Part shown: positions 1 through 12,442 of the stretch, piece by piece
How the letters are laid out: each line of letters begins with the position of its first letter
How positions within the stretch are numbered: the stretch's first letter is position 1
Source of the DNA: Okamejei kenojei
Taxonomy: Eukaryota
NCBI GenBank assembly: GCA_035221665.1
Contig: CM069162.1
Location: 24,180,001 to 24,244,000 of the forward strand
Direction: 5' to 3'
Length of the DNA stretch: 64,000 nt
Program-made: the position numbers and the translations under genes
Notes under the pieces: model-generated
The model's input: the letters and a program-made list of their open reading frames with translations, nothing else
Told to the model about the DNA's origin: nothing
Databases searched by the model: none

Positions 1-746
1 CCTTCCTAATTACAAGTAGCACCTGCACATTCATTCTGTGCACAAATACCCTTGGATCCCTACGTGCAACAGGTTTCTGCAGTAAATTTGAACAATGGCT
101 CGCATTTCTATTCTTTCTACAAACGGGGATAACTGAATGATTCCCCACATTCTACAGAGTCAGAGTCATACAGCATGGGTACAGGTCCTCCGCCTCAACT
201 CATCCATGCTGACTGAGATGTCCCAGGCTAATTTTGCCAAAAGATGGACTATGGTTACTATTAACATCCAGGCTACAGAATGCTGAACAACAAAAATAAA
301 GTAAGTGAGCCAGGAAGATAATGCATTGTTTTTCTATTGATTTATTTCCTAATTTACTAAGAGTCAATCTATTAGTTCAGGACAATACTACTCTGATCCA
401 GGTTCAATTTAAGGTCAAACCTAGATCTGCCCCTCACTCAAGTGTGGTCTGATTTATGCCATTGAACACAAATCTTGAACAGCAATCTAAAAATACCAAT
501 AAAAAAACAGCCCTTCAGAAGTTTAAGCTCAACACTGATGGTTTCAGCAAGCTCTGCACATGATGTAGGTTCCTGCCTTCTGTCAGACATCCACGCACAT
601 TAACATGGAAGAACGCGTGGATCTGCCCACGTGTGGGATAGTGGGCAGTTAAGGGGACAGATTCCTTTCCTAACTAAGATTTGGTGACAACTCACTTGGC
701 ACACTGCACTCGGTGTGCCTGCAAGAGCAGCTAGCTGGTTAGCCCA

Positions 747-796
747 CAACAAAAGCGTTTCACTGTACCTCGGTACGCGTGACACTAAACTAAACT
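747..796 (+). mobile_element. Rex1/Babar-type LINE 3' terminus
   Basis: aaaagcgtttcactgtacctcggtacgcgtgacactaaactaaac; the same tail occurs inverted at about 22740-22795. Confidence 0.55.
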
Positions 797-869
797 GTAG
801 TGTTCCCACAGGATTGTGATGCAAACAAGTAGACACCTTCATCAGAAAAAGTGCCTGATTCGTCTTCCT

Positions 870-2440
870 TTATCCCTCCAAACATGTGTCTTTTAACTGT
901 CATAATTGTACTTGCCTCGATCACTTCTCTGCCTGTTTGTTCCATGTAAGCACCACCCACTGTGTGAACAAGCTGCCACTCAGGCCCTTTTTAAATCTTT
1001 TTCTTCTCACCTCAGACCTGTGCCGTTGAGTTTTAATCTCGTCTCCCTAACATGGGGAAGAGATTATCTATGCCTCTCATGATTTGAGATATCCCTACAA
1101 GGTCCTCTTTCAGTCTCCTACGCTCCAAGGAGATAAGACACTGTTTGTCCATCCTGCCCTTGTAGTTCAAACCATCCAGGCCCTGCAACAGCCTGATCAT
1201 TTTTTATGCCACCTGTTCTTACATAATTACATCTTTCCTGTAGCAGGATGACCAGAACTGTGTACTACTCCAAGAAGGGTCTCGACCTAAAACGTCCCCC
1301 ATTTCTTTTATCCTGAGATGCTGCTTGTCCCTCTGAATTACTCCAGCTTTTTGTGTTCACCTTCAATTTAAACCAGCATCTGCAGTTCTTTCCTACACAA
1401 ATGTATTGTAAATGCTGTTGTACTCGCACCCCAGGTCTTTCTGTACTTAAGTGCTTAATCTACGAACTACTGTTGTATAGCGTTAGTACCTCCACCAATG
1501 TAAAGCACATTGGTCAACGAGTTGTTTTTTAAATGTGCTATAGAAATAAAAGTGACCACTTGACGACTTCTGTTCTACAACATTCCCCAGTGCTCTACCA
1601 TTTACCATGCAAGTTCTGTCCTACCGAAATGCAACATCTCGCATTTAAACGCCATTTGCCATTCCTCAGACCATTGGCCCAGTTGATCAAGATCCCATTG
1701 TGTTCATGGATAACTTTCTTCACTGTCCACTACACTACCAATTTTAGTGTCTTCTGTAAATTTACTAACCTTGCCGTCTAGATTCACATACAGTTAACAG
1801 AAATAACGAGCAGCAGTCGGCCCAGCACTGATCCCTCAGGTGCACCGCATGTTACTGGCCTACAGTCTGCAAAAACAACCTTCTAACATCACCCTCTGTC
1901 TCCTACCATCTAGCTAATTTTGGATTCAATTGCTAAATCGCTCTAGTTCCCGGCAATCTAACTATCCAGACCAGCCTACCATGCGGTACCTCGTCTAGGT
2001 TTTCGAGTTAGACATTATCTACTGCACTGCCATCATCGATCTTCTTGGTCGCCTGTTCAAAAAACCATCAAATTCATGAGATACCATTTCCCATGCAGAA
2101 AACCATGCCAACTATCCCTGATCAGCCATTGCTTTTCCAAATGTGGGTAGATCCTGTCTCTCGGAATCTCCTCCACTAACTTTCCCAACATTGACGTAAG
2201 GATCACCAGTCTGGATTTCACAGGTTTTTCCTTGAATCCTTTCTTAAATAGAAGGACAGTATTAACTATCCTCCAGTCTTCCGGCATCTCAGCCTTGACT
2301 ATCGATTAACAAATATCTCTGCCAGGCTTCCTGGAATTTCTTCTTTAGCTTCCCACAATGTCCTCAGATTCACGTGATCAAGAACCGGGGATTTATCTAC
2401 CATCATATATTTTGAATTGTCCAGCACCTCCTCTTCTGTA
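870..2440 (-). mobile_element. Degraded CR1 LINE (ORF2 RT and 3' region), interrupted by a Penelope-derived element and an L2-like tail
   Basis: ORF 2057-2287 (PEDWRIVNTVLLFKKG…LTSMLGKLVE…WHGFLHGK) is the CR1 RT motif PxDWRxANVxPLFKKG…LTSxxGKxxE…QHGF. CR1 3' features at 870-1270. Confidence 0.85.
1272..1399 (+). mobile_element. Short Penelope-derived element with degenerate hammerhead motif
   Basis: aagaagggtctcgacctaaaacgtc…gagatgctgc…ttactccagc…aaaccagcatctgcagttctttcctacaca; same family as 40693-40910. Confidence 0.75.
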
Positions 2441-2945
2441 ATTGTGAGTTATCAGATAGATTTATACTCCTTCAAGTAACAATTAGTACTGGCGGCAGAG
2501 ATAAAATAAAAATCACCATTTTACTGTTAAATAATTGGATCCTATCTTGTTCTGTGGCTTACATACTAAAAATTAGAAGTAAGTTTTGTTTTAAGGTGTT
2601 AAATTTAAAAAAAGACACCGAGGTTGTGCTTTGGAATGAAGAATGTGACTGCCACATTGATGGTGAGAGATTAGCAGCACAGTTGTGGTGGCACAAGAGG
2701 CTATGCTTGGGAACCTGAAAACCTGCTCTGAGGAGATTTTTCATGCTCAGAGAATATTACGAGCTGTTCTAGCTCATCAACTCGAGGTTTTAGCAGTCAG
2801 CTCACAGTTCACCGGCCATGAGGCTTCTGGTACAGAACAACAATTGCATTGCTCATTAAATATTTTAAATAGTAATGCATGCACGTTTGTGACCACAACT
2901 CATTTAGCCATAATGCTGGGCTAATAAAATTGCATTGACACTTAC

Positions 2946-3013
2946 CTGGTTTTAGGGGATGTTGTTAACCATTCTTCATGTTTCTCGAATGTTATTAAGT
3001 AAGCTGCAATTTC
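2946..3013 (-). CDS. CAMTA1: Internal coding exon (68 bp) of calmodulin-binding transcription activator 1, CG-1 DNA-binding domain
   Basis: Minus strand reads tttgtctttttcag|GAA ATT GCA GCT TAC TTA ATA ACA TTC GAG AAA CAT GAA GAA TGG TTA ACA ACA TCC CCT AAA ACC AG|gtaag, giving EIAAYLITFEKHEEWLTTSPKT(R) with canonical acceptor and donor. The peptide matches my recall of the vertebrate CAMTA1 CG-1 segment (…RWNTNE-EIAAYLITFEKHEEWLTTSPKTR-PQNGS…); CAMTA2 differs here. Too short for the ORF track. Confidence 0.95.
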
Positions 3014-3196
3014 CTGAAAAAGACAAATGGGAAAAGACTAATTTAGATGCAAAGTGGAATTCAAACAACATTTACCAGATTTGCTTACATGGGAGTCCCA
3101 CTCCAACAGGAACCCTGTCAAATATTAAATAGCACAGTTTTTATAGCTTCCTTCCTTTTTATTTGGATACTATAGATACTGGATTCATTGGAATAA

Positions 3197-3510
3197 AAGC
3201 CCTGTCCCACTGTAGGAGTTCATTCAAGTATTCTCCCGAGTTTGCCCTGATTCGAACTCGGAGATTTACGGTAATGGCCGCTTGAAGGTACTCGGGGCTC
3301 TCGTGGACATTTTTCAACATGTCCACATGTTGAAAAATCTTCACGAGTCTTCCCGAGCTTACCGCGTTTCCCGAGCACCTGCCGTTAGCGTTACTGGCCG
3401 CTAAGAGACGTCCTCGAGCACCGACGTACATTCTACGTGCTTCCACGAGTTTGATTTTTTTTAAAGCTCGGGAGAGCTCTTGAATGAGCTCGTACAGTGG
3501 GACAGGGCCA
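3197..3510. mobile_element. PIF/Harbinger-like MITE, copy 1
   Basis: TIRs gccctgtcccactgta…tacagtgggacagggc; flanked by TAA and TTA; near-identical copies at 32917 and 54209. Confidence 0.85.
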
Positions 3511-4321
3511 TTATTGTATCATGGCTACCGAGGAGGTTAACAAATAAATATGAGTATTCATGAACATCCCTTATTTAAAAAAAGAATGTAGGTTAATAAA
3601 TTCCTAAAAATACCGCATACACATAGACTAAATCCACAATAACTGCCCTATGGCCACAGAATATAAACCCTCAAGTTTGTTTAAAAAACATCAACATTAT
3701 ATTGTACATTCAAAAACACCAGCAAACCCAAATCTTTGCTTTAAAAAGCATTTCATTTTTTTTACATTTGAGATCTAGACCAAACCCCCTTGCCCCTTAA
3801 TGTCTCAACCCTGTGGTGTCCCCATAGAAGCCCCATTCCCATGCCTGAGATCTGTCCTGCTATCTGTAAGGCTTATCCCTCCTCAGTAGCCATGATACAA
3901 TCATTCCAATGATTCCAGTATCAAAAGTATCCAGATATTAAAGGAAGGAAGCTATTAAATCTGTGCTGGCTCCTTGATGCAGCCATCCAATTAGTGGTGT
4001 TCACTCCTAATGAATGCTGTAACATTTAAAAACAATCACTCAAATGAACGGCGCCATTGACCTACTCTGCCTTGAGCCTTCAGGATAAGTAGGTGATACA
4101 AGAATGCCCAACTGGGTGAACTGCACCCGCCCGCAGCCCCTCCATCAACCACTACAATTAAATGAGCCAAGTCGTAACTCAATTCAACCACCATGAACAG
4201 TGGCAAATTACTCAAGATTTCTACCGAGGAAATACTCTGGGGAACATATGGAATAAATGGTGACATTCACTCCAATTGGGCACCAAAGTAGACCCAAGGA
4301 ACTGCAACTAAAGGAGGTCAC

Positions 4322-4860
4322 ATCAGGAGCACCAAATGCAGTAGATGAGGTTGGAGGAGTTGCACCTGAAACTTTGTCTCACCTGGAAGGACAGCTGGGG
4401 GTCCTTGAATGGATGTGAGGGGGGAGGTACGGGACAGGTGTTACATCTCTTGCACTTGAAAGGGTAAGTATCCAGGCAGGGAGATGGTTTGTGTGGGAAG
4501 TGAACCAAGGGGTTGCAGAGGGAGTGAAAACAGAAAGGTGTAGGGATGAATGATGCAGAGGCTGGTGGGGTAAAAGGTAAGGACCAGGGGAACTCTATCC
4601 TTATTATGTCAAGGGGGAGGATGAGCGAGAGCAGAATTACAGGACACAGGGGAGGTGCAGGTGACAGGACCACCTATGACATGAGGGGGGAAACCATGTT
4701 TTCTAAAGAAAGAGGACATCTTGGATGTCCTAGAATGGAAAGCCTCATCTTGGGAGCAGATATGGCAGAGGTGGAGAAATTAAAAATAGGAGATGGCATC
4801 ATTTGTTGCAGAGGCTGGGTGGTAGGAGGTGGAATCCAGTTATCTGCGGGAGTCATTGCG
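4322..4860 (-). mobile_element. Penelope-like retroelement fragment (linker and start of GIY-YIG endonuclease)
   Basis: ORF 4323-4673 ends YPFKCKRCNTCP…SFQVRQSFRCNSSNLIYCIWCS, the Cys-rich PLE linker leading into the GIY-YIG domain (FxCxSxNxIYxIxC). Confidence 0.85.
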
Positions 4861-6289
4861 TTTGTAACACAGGTCCACCACTGATTTTTATGGCACCCTT
4901 GGTTCAAGGGCCTTTCTGGATTATCCCTTTTGCCGGACCAACAGAGGTCACAGCCTCTGCGAGGAATCCAACGGTCCCAGAATTGTCCATCTAGGCTGCC
5001 GAGGAGCCGAGATACCGTCCCGAAACATCGGCTATTGGTTCCCGGAGGTTGGCTATGGGAACAGATGTGCCGGCTATGCCGGACTAGAATTTCAGAGCCC
5101 CGGCCACCAAGGTAAAGTGCGACCCGTTGATCGGCCGCAGAGGACGGCTATGGCGATGGGTCTGCCGGGCTGGAGTTCCAGAGCCCCAGTCACAAGGGGC
5201 AACCCACCAGTGAGCGCGGCAGTCCCAATGAGGTTGACATCGGCCGCCTCACCTGGCTTAGGTGTCACATTCTCGGGGGGACTTCCAAGGGGGATTTCAA
5301 GTGCGCTCTCGTAATTTTGTCTGGATTAAAGGAGGTGCTGGACCACTAGTTGGCGGAAAATCTGGAGGTGGACCAGTGGTAAAAATGACTGAAAATGCAA
5401 CAATGTTCATGGCTGGAACTGGCTCAAAGAGTTTGAAGGGTATAGACCCCATTCGAAGGACATGGCTTCGAAATGATCCAAAACAGATATGTACTCTTGC
5501 AACAATTGTCATAGATGGTGTAAGTCACTCATTGAACCAATAAGACATCTGAGATACTGCACCATCTATGTCTTCAGCCACAATATCCACCATCTCCTGT
5601 AAGTGAACCTTTCCAATGAATCGTTCAAGTACTGTAACAACACTGTCTATAAACAATAGATTACAATTACAACTGAGGTTTCTTGGCAGCATGGGGACAC
5701 TGCTGGATTATTTCAGACACTTTGGTATTTAAAGACTTGTCTTCTTAATGGTCCTGTAAAAATCCCTTTATACCGCAGTAACTTTATGCAAATGCTCTGG
5801 ATTCAGAAATTACCTCAAGGCTCAGAAAGGTTTTTATAATTTCCCATCCCTTAGCCTAACTGTAATGACAAGTGTGGGCTAATTCTATACTGTGGATATG
5901 TTCAGAATTGGGTTGCGTCTGCCCAACTCAGTACTTGTAGGCTCCAATAAATGCTGCAATAAATACATCCTCTTTTTATCACCATCTCAGTACCATTGCC
6001 TCTGCCGTCTTCCAGTTTCAAGCAATGCATTATAAACAGAGCAGGGGATGGATGGAATACATCACACAAGACTGAGCAGATTTATACAGCCTCTGACACG
6101 CTCAGAGCAATCACAAAGTCAGGCACATCAACAACAGGGGACAATCGTTGAATGATAAAAGAATGTTAAAAGACAACTTCTAAAAAATTTATAGAATTTT
6201 GTATGATTGAGTTCCCAGGATCATCACAAACATAACCCATAGGTACAGTATGTGGAAACCCAGTGCAGTATCTGAGAGAAGAATACAAG

Positions 6290-6480
6290 GACAATTTTTG
6301 ATTGTTGTTTATGAGATGAGGCTATCGCTGGCAATGCCAGCATTTAATGCTCATCCCTAATTGACTTTCAGGATGGTGAGCCTCAGCCCAGAACCGCTGC
6401 AGTCTTTCTGATGAATGCATTTCCACAGAGAGCACAGTTGCGGGATTTGTACCCGACAGAGATTAACAAAGGACAGTTCA
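6290..6480 (-). mobile_element. Old CR1/L2-group LINE 3' fragment
   Basis: gctggcaatgccagcatttaatgctcatccctaattg…gaaccgctgcagtc; related tails at about 9350-9600, 34960-35060 and 41530-41566. Confidence 0.55.
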
Positions 6481-7049
6481 TTTCTTAGTTTGAAGATTGG
6501 AGAATAATCATTACATGATAGCTTTCAAATGCACTTGCTGCTGCTATCCTGGTGGGAGAGGATGTGGTCTTTGGGGAGGTGATGGGTTCAGGGGAGGTGG
6601 TGGGTTGGGGAAGGGGCTGTTGGAAGCAATGCTGACAAGTAATTGCATTGTATTTTCTAGCGAGCACACACTGCGGGGCAGTGTGACTGTGGCAGAGAAA
6701 GCAAACATGTGAGGCGGTGGACGGGGGATGTGGCCAAGCATGTAGCTGTCAACCAGATGTGTTGGCAGCTACATTTCTGTTAGTGGATTCTACTGACATT
6801 CTTCAATCCAGTTCCTCAAATCCCTTCTTGGGCCCTTCTGACACCCCCGTCCCACCCCACCCGTAATGTTCCACTTCCCAACCAGAGAGCATCAGGAAAT
6901 GGATGAACTGACGACAGAAGCGCAAGATCTGCAAAATCGTTCTTCCATAATAATGTCCCTTGCGGTTTAAAGGGTAGCACTATCATTTCTCAATCAGCAG
7001 AACAAAAATCACAGACAACAAATTCGTGAGCATAAAGTTTAGTGTGAAT

Positions 7050-7310
7050 TCCCAGTGCAGCAACACAAGGGAATGCTGCATTCTTGGAGAATGCACACCT
7101 ACACCCCACATTTTTTTCAGAAATACATTTTTAAAAATCCCAATTATTCAGCTCAATATTTATTCCTCAAACTGTATTGTTGGAAGAGATTGGTTGGTTG
7201 CTGTTGTATGTAGCTATATAACACGTTCCCTGGATCTCAACGACAAATACAGTTGCATTTTAGGACATTCTGAGGTCCTGAAGGGCACCGTGAAAATACA
7301 AATTCTTTGT
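7050..7310 (+). mobile_element. DeuSINE-type (SacSINE1-like) fragment
   Basis: caatatttattcctcaa…ttttaggacattctgaggtcctgaagggcaccgtgaaaatacaa; diverged match to the better copy at 42320-42592. Confidence 0.5.
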
Positions 7311-9087
7311 TTCTTTTGCTCTAGTCCCAGCAGTAGAGCAGCATCCTGCACAGTTCCACTGCGATCTCCCACAACAAACATCACTGAGTGAACTTGCCAA
7401 TTCGTGCTGAGTTATGGCCAGTTTCTTGCTGCTGATGCATGTCCACAAGCTCATTGTTCGGCTCAGGTCCCAACCACAAGAAACTGGTCTAAAAACCACG
7501 CACAGTTCGCTCCTCCCTTTGCCTCTATAAACTATATTTTATAGCCTTCACATAGGCAGTTGATGACAATAAAAAAACTTGTTATTCCAAAGGCGTTACT
7601 CCATAAGTACAGAATAGCACTTTAAGCAGTGTTACTTATCCAGTCACCGGCCCCAACAGACCAATTTCACTGAACAATTCTTTCCTTGCTACATAATCTG
7701 GACGGTCTGCATCTAAACCCGAGTGCCACAAATCTCTCTCACAAACACATCAGCAACAAATAGTTCTGGGATATTGATACAAAGAAAGAGGACTGGAAAC
7801 AATGCTAATAGCTACAAACTGGGAGTCTTCAGTTACACTGCATTGAAGCACTTCACCTCAGCAGTATATAGGTTTTGTGTAAAGTGGCACAAAAGGGTTA
7901 ATTTATTGTTATAGAACATAGTACAGCATAGGATGAGGCCCTTCAGCCCACAATGTCTCTGCTGAACCTGATGCCTAGGTCCAACTGAAGCTATTAAAAT
8001 GATGTTAGAAGGGAGGGGAGAACCTTTCCTTTCAGGAAATTCCAGAAAATGGGTTACAACATAAAAAATAATTGAGGTGTGGTTACACGAGCTCACGCTT
8101 TCTGAAAAATCTGTTGAGGCAAAGGGCTCTGAAATTAGAAAACTAATATTTTTGTTAAGCAATGATATGAAAAGATACAAATCGAGAGAAATTAGATGCA
8201 TGATGAATTATGCTGCATGACGGAATAGTCTCTGCTTTCCTGAACTTGTCAAAATCTATCCCTAGATCTCCTGTGAAATGCATCTTGTGTCAGCTAGTGA
8301 TCGGTGAGTATTTGTCTCTACTCCCCTGGCAGTTTCAAGTGTCTGCCTCTCCTCAGAGTCTCACAGAAGTACAAACAAAAGCACTGCACAGCATTAGGAC
8401 CAACACGCGGCGGAGGGCTCCAGAAAGCATATCTTGGCCGAAAGCCACACCTATCCACCTTCTAGCAGAGGTCATGAGAAATCAGAAGCTTGATTGTATT
8501 CCCTGTCCATGGATTACGGGGCTCCAATGACATTACTGTGTACCTGAGACCTGCCAACTCAGCAAAGACTCGGAATGAAATCTTGTGGCCCTGTATGGTT
8601 CAATATTTCATCATGCATTTACCTGCTGAATTAGCAGGCAGTTAAATCATCAGTTTTTATGCATTCATTTTTTGCATAATTAGAAAGAAGCTATTTAATT
8701 TTCCATGTGATTTGATCACAGGTGTTGAGGTTGAGCAATCCCCAGCAACTGTTACGTTTGCCCAGGGCAGACTGTGTTTTCTGCTCCCTGCAATGTCCTT
8801 GCCGTGCGATGCAGCTGTGATAAGGACCACACCAGGTGAGCCCTGCAATATCACCTGCCACCTTTCACTGAGCACACAGCCAAGAAGGGGCAGATAGACG
8901 GTGGATAGGGATAATTGCATTTGAAAGTCAACGCAGTCGTTTATAGAAATCACAATTACAAACATCTGCTGTCCACCTTTCTCGTCATCAAATGGTCAAA
9001 TGATCGTGTGTCTGCTCCACTAAAACTGACAGCATCCAATCCGCATGACAATCCACCCTGTTACAAGGTGATAAAGAATTAAGTGTT

Positions 9088-9211
9088 AAAGAAGGAACTG
9101 CAGATGCTGCAAAATCGAGGGTACACAAAATGCTGGAGAAACTCAGCGAGTGCAGCAGCATCTATGGAGCGAAGGAGATAGGCAACTTTTCGGACCGAAA
9201 CCCTTCTTCCT
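9088..9211 (-). mobile_element. Short Penelope-derived element, degenerate hammerhead
   Basis: aaggaactgcagatgctg…tgctggagaaactcagcg…ataggcaacttttcggaccgaaacccttcttc. Confidence 0.75.
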
Positions 9212-9833
9212 GCTGTAACAGTGTGCAAAATTGGATTTGGAAAATATTTTTTTACTTCTTTGTCAAAATGGCTCTTAAAGATGTTCTAGTCGTTTGAACT
9301 TCATGAAGGAAGCCCTCCATTACAACTAAATAGCTTTAAACACAATTAGGGTTGAGGCAATGCTGGTCAAGGCTTCCATTTCTTGTCCATCTTTTATTGT
9401 CCTTGAGGAAGTATTGCGGTGAGCTGGCTTCTTCAACCACTGCAGTGCTCGTGGTGAAGGCACTTCCACTCACTCTGCTGGTGAAAAGGGGTTTCAAGGA
9501 TTTACACTCAGTGACAAGAAAGAACCATCCAAATCAGGAAGGCACGAGACTGGAAATATAGCAGCGTGTTGTGGTGCTCCTATACCCGTGCTGCTTTTGT
9601 CCATTAATTTTGGCTGATATTTCCAAAGTTGCTGTCCATTTTATTTCCTAGTTTGGTTATCAGCCCCATAAAATCAAATTTTTAAATTCTCCTAATTGCT
9701 ACCCTGGTTTTCCTCGCATAATACATCATCACACTTGCCCAGCAATTCCCCCCTTTTTTTTCCCCCTCTGTTCTGCTTTCAACTGGTCCCCGTTACATGA
9801 CAAATCAACCTTCCTTTATTTGCCATTTCACAT

Positions 9834-9835
<2 letters not shown>

Positions 9836-9896
<61 letters not shown>

Positions 9897-9916
9897 TGTG
9901 TGTGTGTGTGTGTGTG
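9836..9916. repeat. Compound microsatellite (TG)n(CGTG)n(TG)n
   Basis: Directly visible. Confidence 0.98.
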
Positions 9917-10837
9917 ATAAAATTCAAGGCAATTTTAAATCCACCCAAATGATTATTCCATGTTTTCTACTCATTTCCCTAACTTGTTTGCAAACTTTCT
10001 TCTCCATCCACAATTAGGTTGGTACATTGACACTAATAGCATGATTTACATGATATTATTTCTATCTATAAGGATTTCCTTTCTCTGACGGAAAACTGTA
10101 AGATAGCATTCGGAGGCTGTATGATCACTGTAATCATCTTATTCTTCTCTGGTTATTCTAATAAGTACAATTACTTTACCTCTCCCTTTTCTTTCTTAAT
10201 CTTTTCTAAATATGCTATACTCAATAATATTTATTTCATAGCTCTGATTTGCTGCAGCAAAATCCCTGTAATCACAACTATAACTGCTTCCCCACAATGC
10301 ATTATTAACTCCAATTCCCCTGTTATACTTCTGTGAGCACTGCTTTACTGTTTAACTCATATTTGATAGCAATTCCCCTCACTTTATTTTTAACCATCTT
10401 TTTATACCTACATTATTCATTCCTGACTGGCTGCCTTTCATGACACTTCCATGGTCACAGCAGGACCAGGATCATACTCCCTGGAGAATCTGACTCTCTG
10501 TGCCTGCTATCTTTTAACCTTCATTTGTAACCTGATACTTGTCCAAATACAGTTTTTATTAAAATAATGAACAACGCGTTTAAAAAAAAAAGGAGTTTGT
10601 TATCCAGGAGGAAGAAAATGCCGAGGGATTCTTCTGACCTCTCGTCATATTCCGAACAGAATCCCTGAAGAAACCACAATTTCCCCAGGGTTACCATTGA
10701 CTTGCGTGACATTGGAGGAACTGATAGGGGACATTTACATGATGGTGAAATGTTTCTCTTGATCGTAGGCTGGTTAACTTTACTCTCAACTTCTGTGCTC
10801 AAGTCTAATTGCTAAACCAAGGATGTATCAAATATAT

Positions 10838-10967
10838 GTGGAGGAGGGAACTGCAGCTGCAGATGCTGGTTTACACCGAAGATAGACACAAAATGGCGAG
10901 TGACTCAAGGGGTAAGGGTGCACCACTGCAGAAAAGGAATAGGTGATGTTTCCGTTCTTCAGACTGA
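10838..10967 (-). mobile_element. Short Penelope-derived element
   Basis: gggaactgcagctgcagatgctggtttacaccgaagatagacacaaaat…aggaataggtgatgtttccgttcttcagactg; hammerhead stem II deleted. Confidence 0.7.
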
Positions 10968-11039
10968 GAGTTAGAGTAGAGGGGAATTAGAGCTATGAAA
11001 AGGTTCAGAATGTACAACATTTATCTGTGGTAATTCCTG

Positions 11040-11550
11040 GGCTACTCTCCAAGGCAGCAAGGATAATGGACATTCCCCTTTTGCTGCAGATTGGCAAAAG
11101 TAGAGCAAAAGCTGAGGTTAGGTTTACTGAGGTCAGATCGTGGGTGGGCCGTGTAAAGTGAAGGAGAATCGAGACTGGGGTGGGGATGAAAGGGAAACAC
11201 AGAGCGGCGCTGAGGCCAGGCAGATGGAATCAGTTGTAGAGAGGCCAAAGGACATTGGCAGCAAGAAGCAGAGTGATGGAGAATTATCTTCAAAGGGGAT
11301 TATCCTTGGGAATCAGAAGATTCCGACTTCCTGGCAGCAGTCCCAGTCAGGTCAGGTCATTTCTGAAGGCCACATACACATCAGATGTTTCTGTGAGTGG
11401 CATCAAACAATGCACCACATTATGGTGGCTTCCATTCACAGGCACGTCATCTACACAGAAGTGCTAGCAACAAATGTGGCAGGTAGTCTTCCACTCCGAC
11501 CTGAAGATGGCCCTCCAGGCCCAAAGATTTTGTCCCCTCTGACTAAACCT
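11040..11550 (+). mobile_element. Possible old non-LTR retroelement 3' fragment (Vingi/RTE-X-like zinc-knuckle remnant)
   Basis: ORF 11140-11613 contains CFCEWHQTMHHIM, resembling the CxCG…QTxxHI…C knuckle; heavily decayed. Confidence 0.3.
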
Positions 11551-12442
11551 TTTAATATTTTGAAGATCAAGATCAACTCCGATATCAGTTTTTTTTTTAC
11601 TAAATCCTGTTAATACAAGTTGCAATGTTGTTTTTAGTAGTTGCAACTGAATTGCCAGAATAATCTTCCCACACTGCTGTGAACTTTCACTAATGCTTCA
11701 ATGAACCATTCAAAGCCTCTATATTGACACCATGGAGTTAACATTGCTCCATCACCATTACTGAATGAATAGGTGACCGATGCAAAAATCATGCAGATGC
11801 AGAGAGATCATGTTGTGGAAAAACTGTCGGCCCCGGCAGCAGCCAACACACTTCAAAAAAGAACTTAATTAGTTGGACGTTGATTGTCATTTGCAATAAA
11901 TATATACAATTCTTTTAGGTTGGAAGAACAAATCAGTGCTTTCTGAAGAGAAGAGATACGCCTGTGATAAGATAATTGTGCATGGAATCTGGATGCAGGT
12001 CAATGTGTTACGGACAGAAGAAATGTGTTACACAGAAGAAAATAACAGCAACATCCTCGAAGGGGGAGGGCAAGTGCTACTGAACAGTGTTGCATTTTCT
12101 GCATGCTCAGAGCATTTGCTGTTATTATCCTCTTTATATTTGTTCCTAGTAATTGACTGGTCATGTTGATAACAGGCTCTCGTTTGAGATGCTCACAACA
12201 CAGTCAATAATAGTAATCAAGGCACTCCTTAGAACAGTGAAATGAAATGTGATTCATGTAGCAAACAGCAGTACATCTTCCTCACTCATGGATCCCATTG
12301 CCCAAAAGTTGTTCTTCATAAATATGCAGAGAGTGATGGTTGGCTATTTGACTGCACAGGGCATACTTACAAGCTGCCCTTGGCCCTACTGATGGACCAT
12401 GATCATCCAGATATCAGTCTGGAGATGCTAAAGGACAGAACA

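Larger units (their letters stand above)
1..2945 (-). other. CAMTA1: CAMTA1 intron downstream of the exon
   Basis: Begins with the GTAAG donor at 2945-2941; the next exon (PQNGSMILYNRKK…) is not seen. Confidence 0.8.

Noticed and set aside
7412-7489. 11-13-bp inverted repeat ccagtttcttg/caagaaactgg with a ~50-nt loop
   Set aside because: Short arms, an unstructured loop and no match of the loop elsewhere that I could see; compatible with chance.
11910-11975. Plus-strand acceptor-like TTCTTTTAG|G at the duplicated 30-mer
   Set aside because: Antisense to CAMTA1, with no recognisable exon or peptide behind it.
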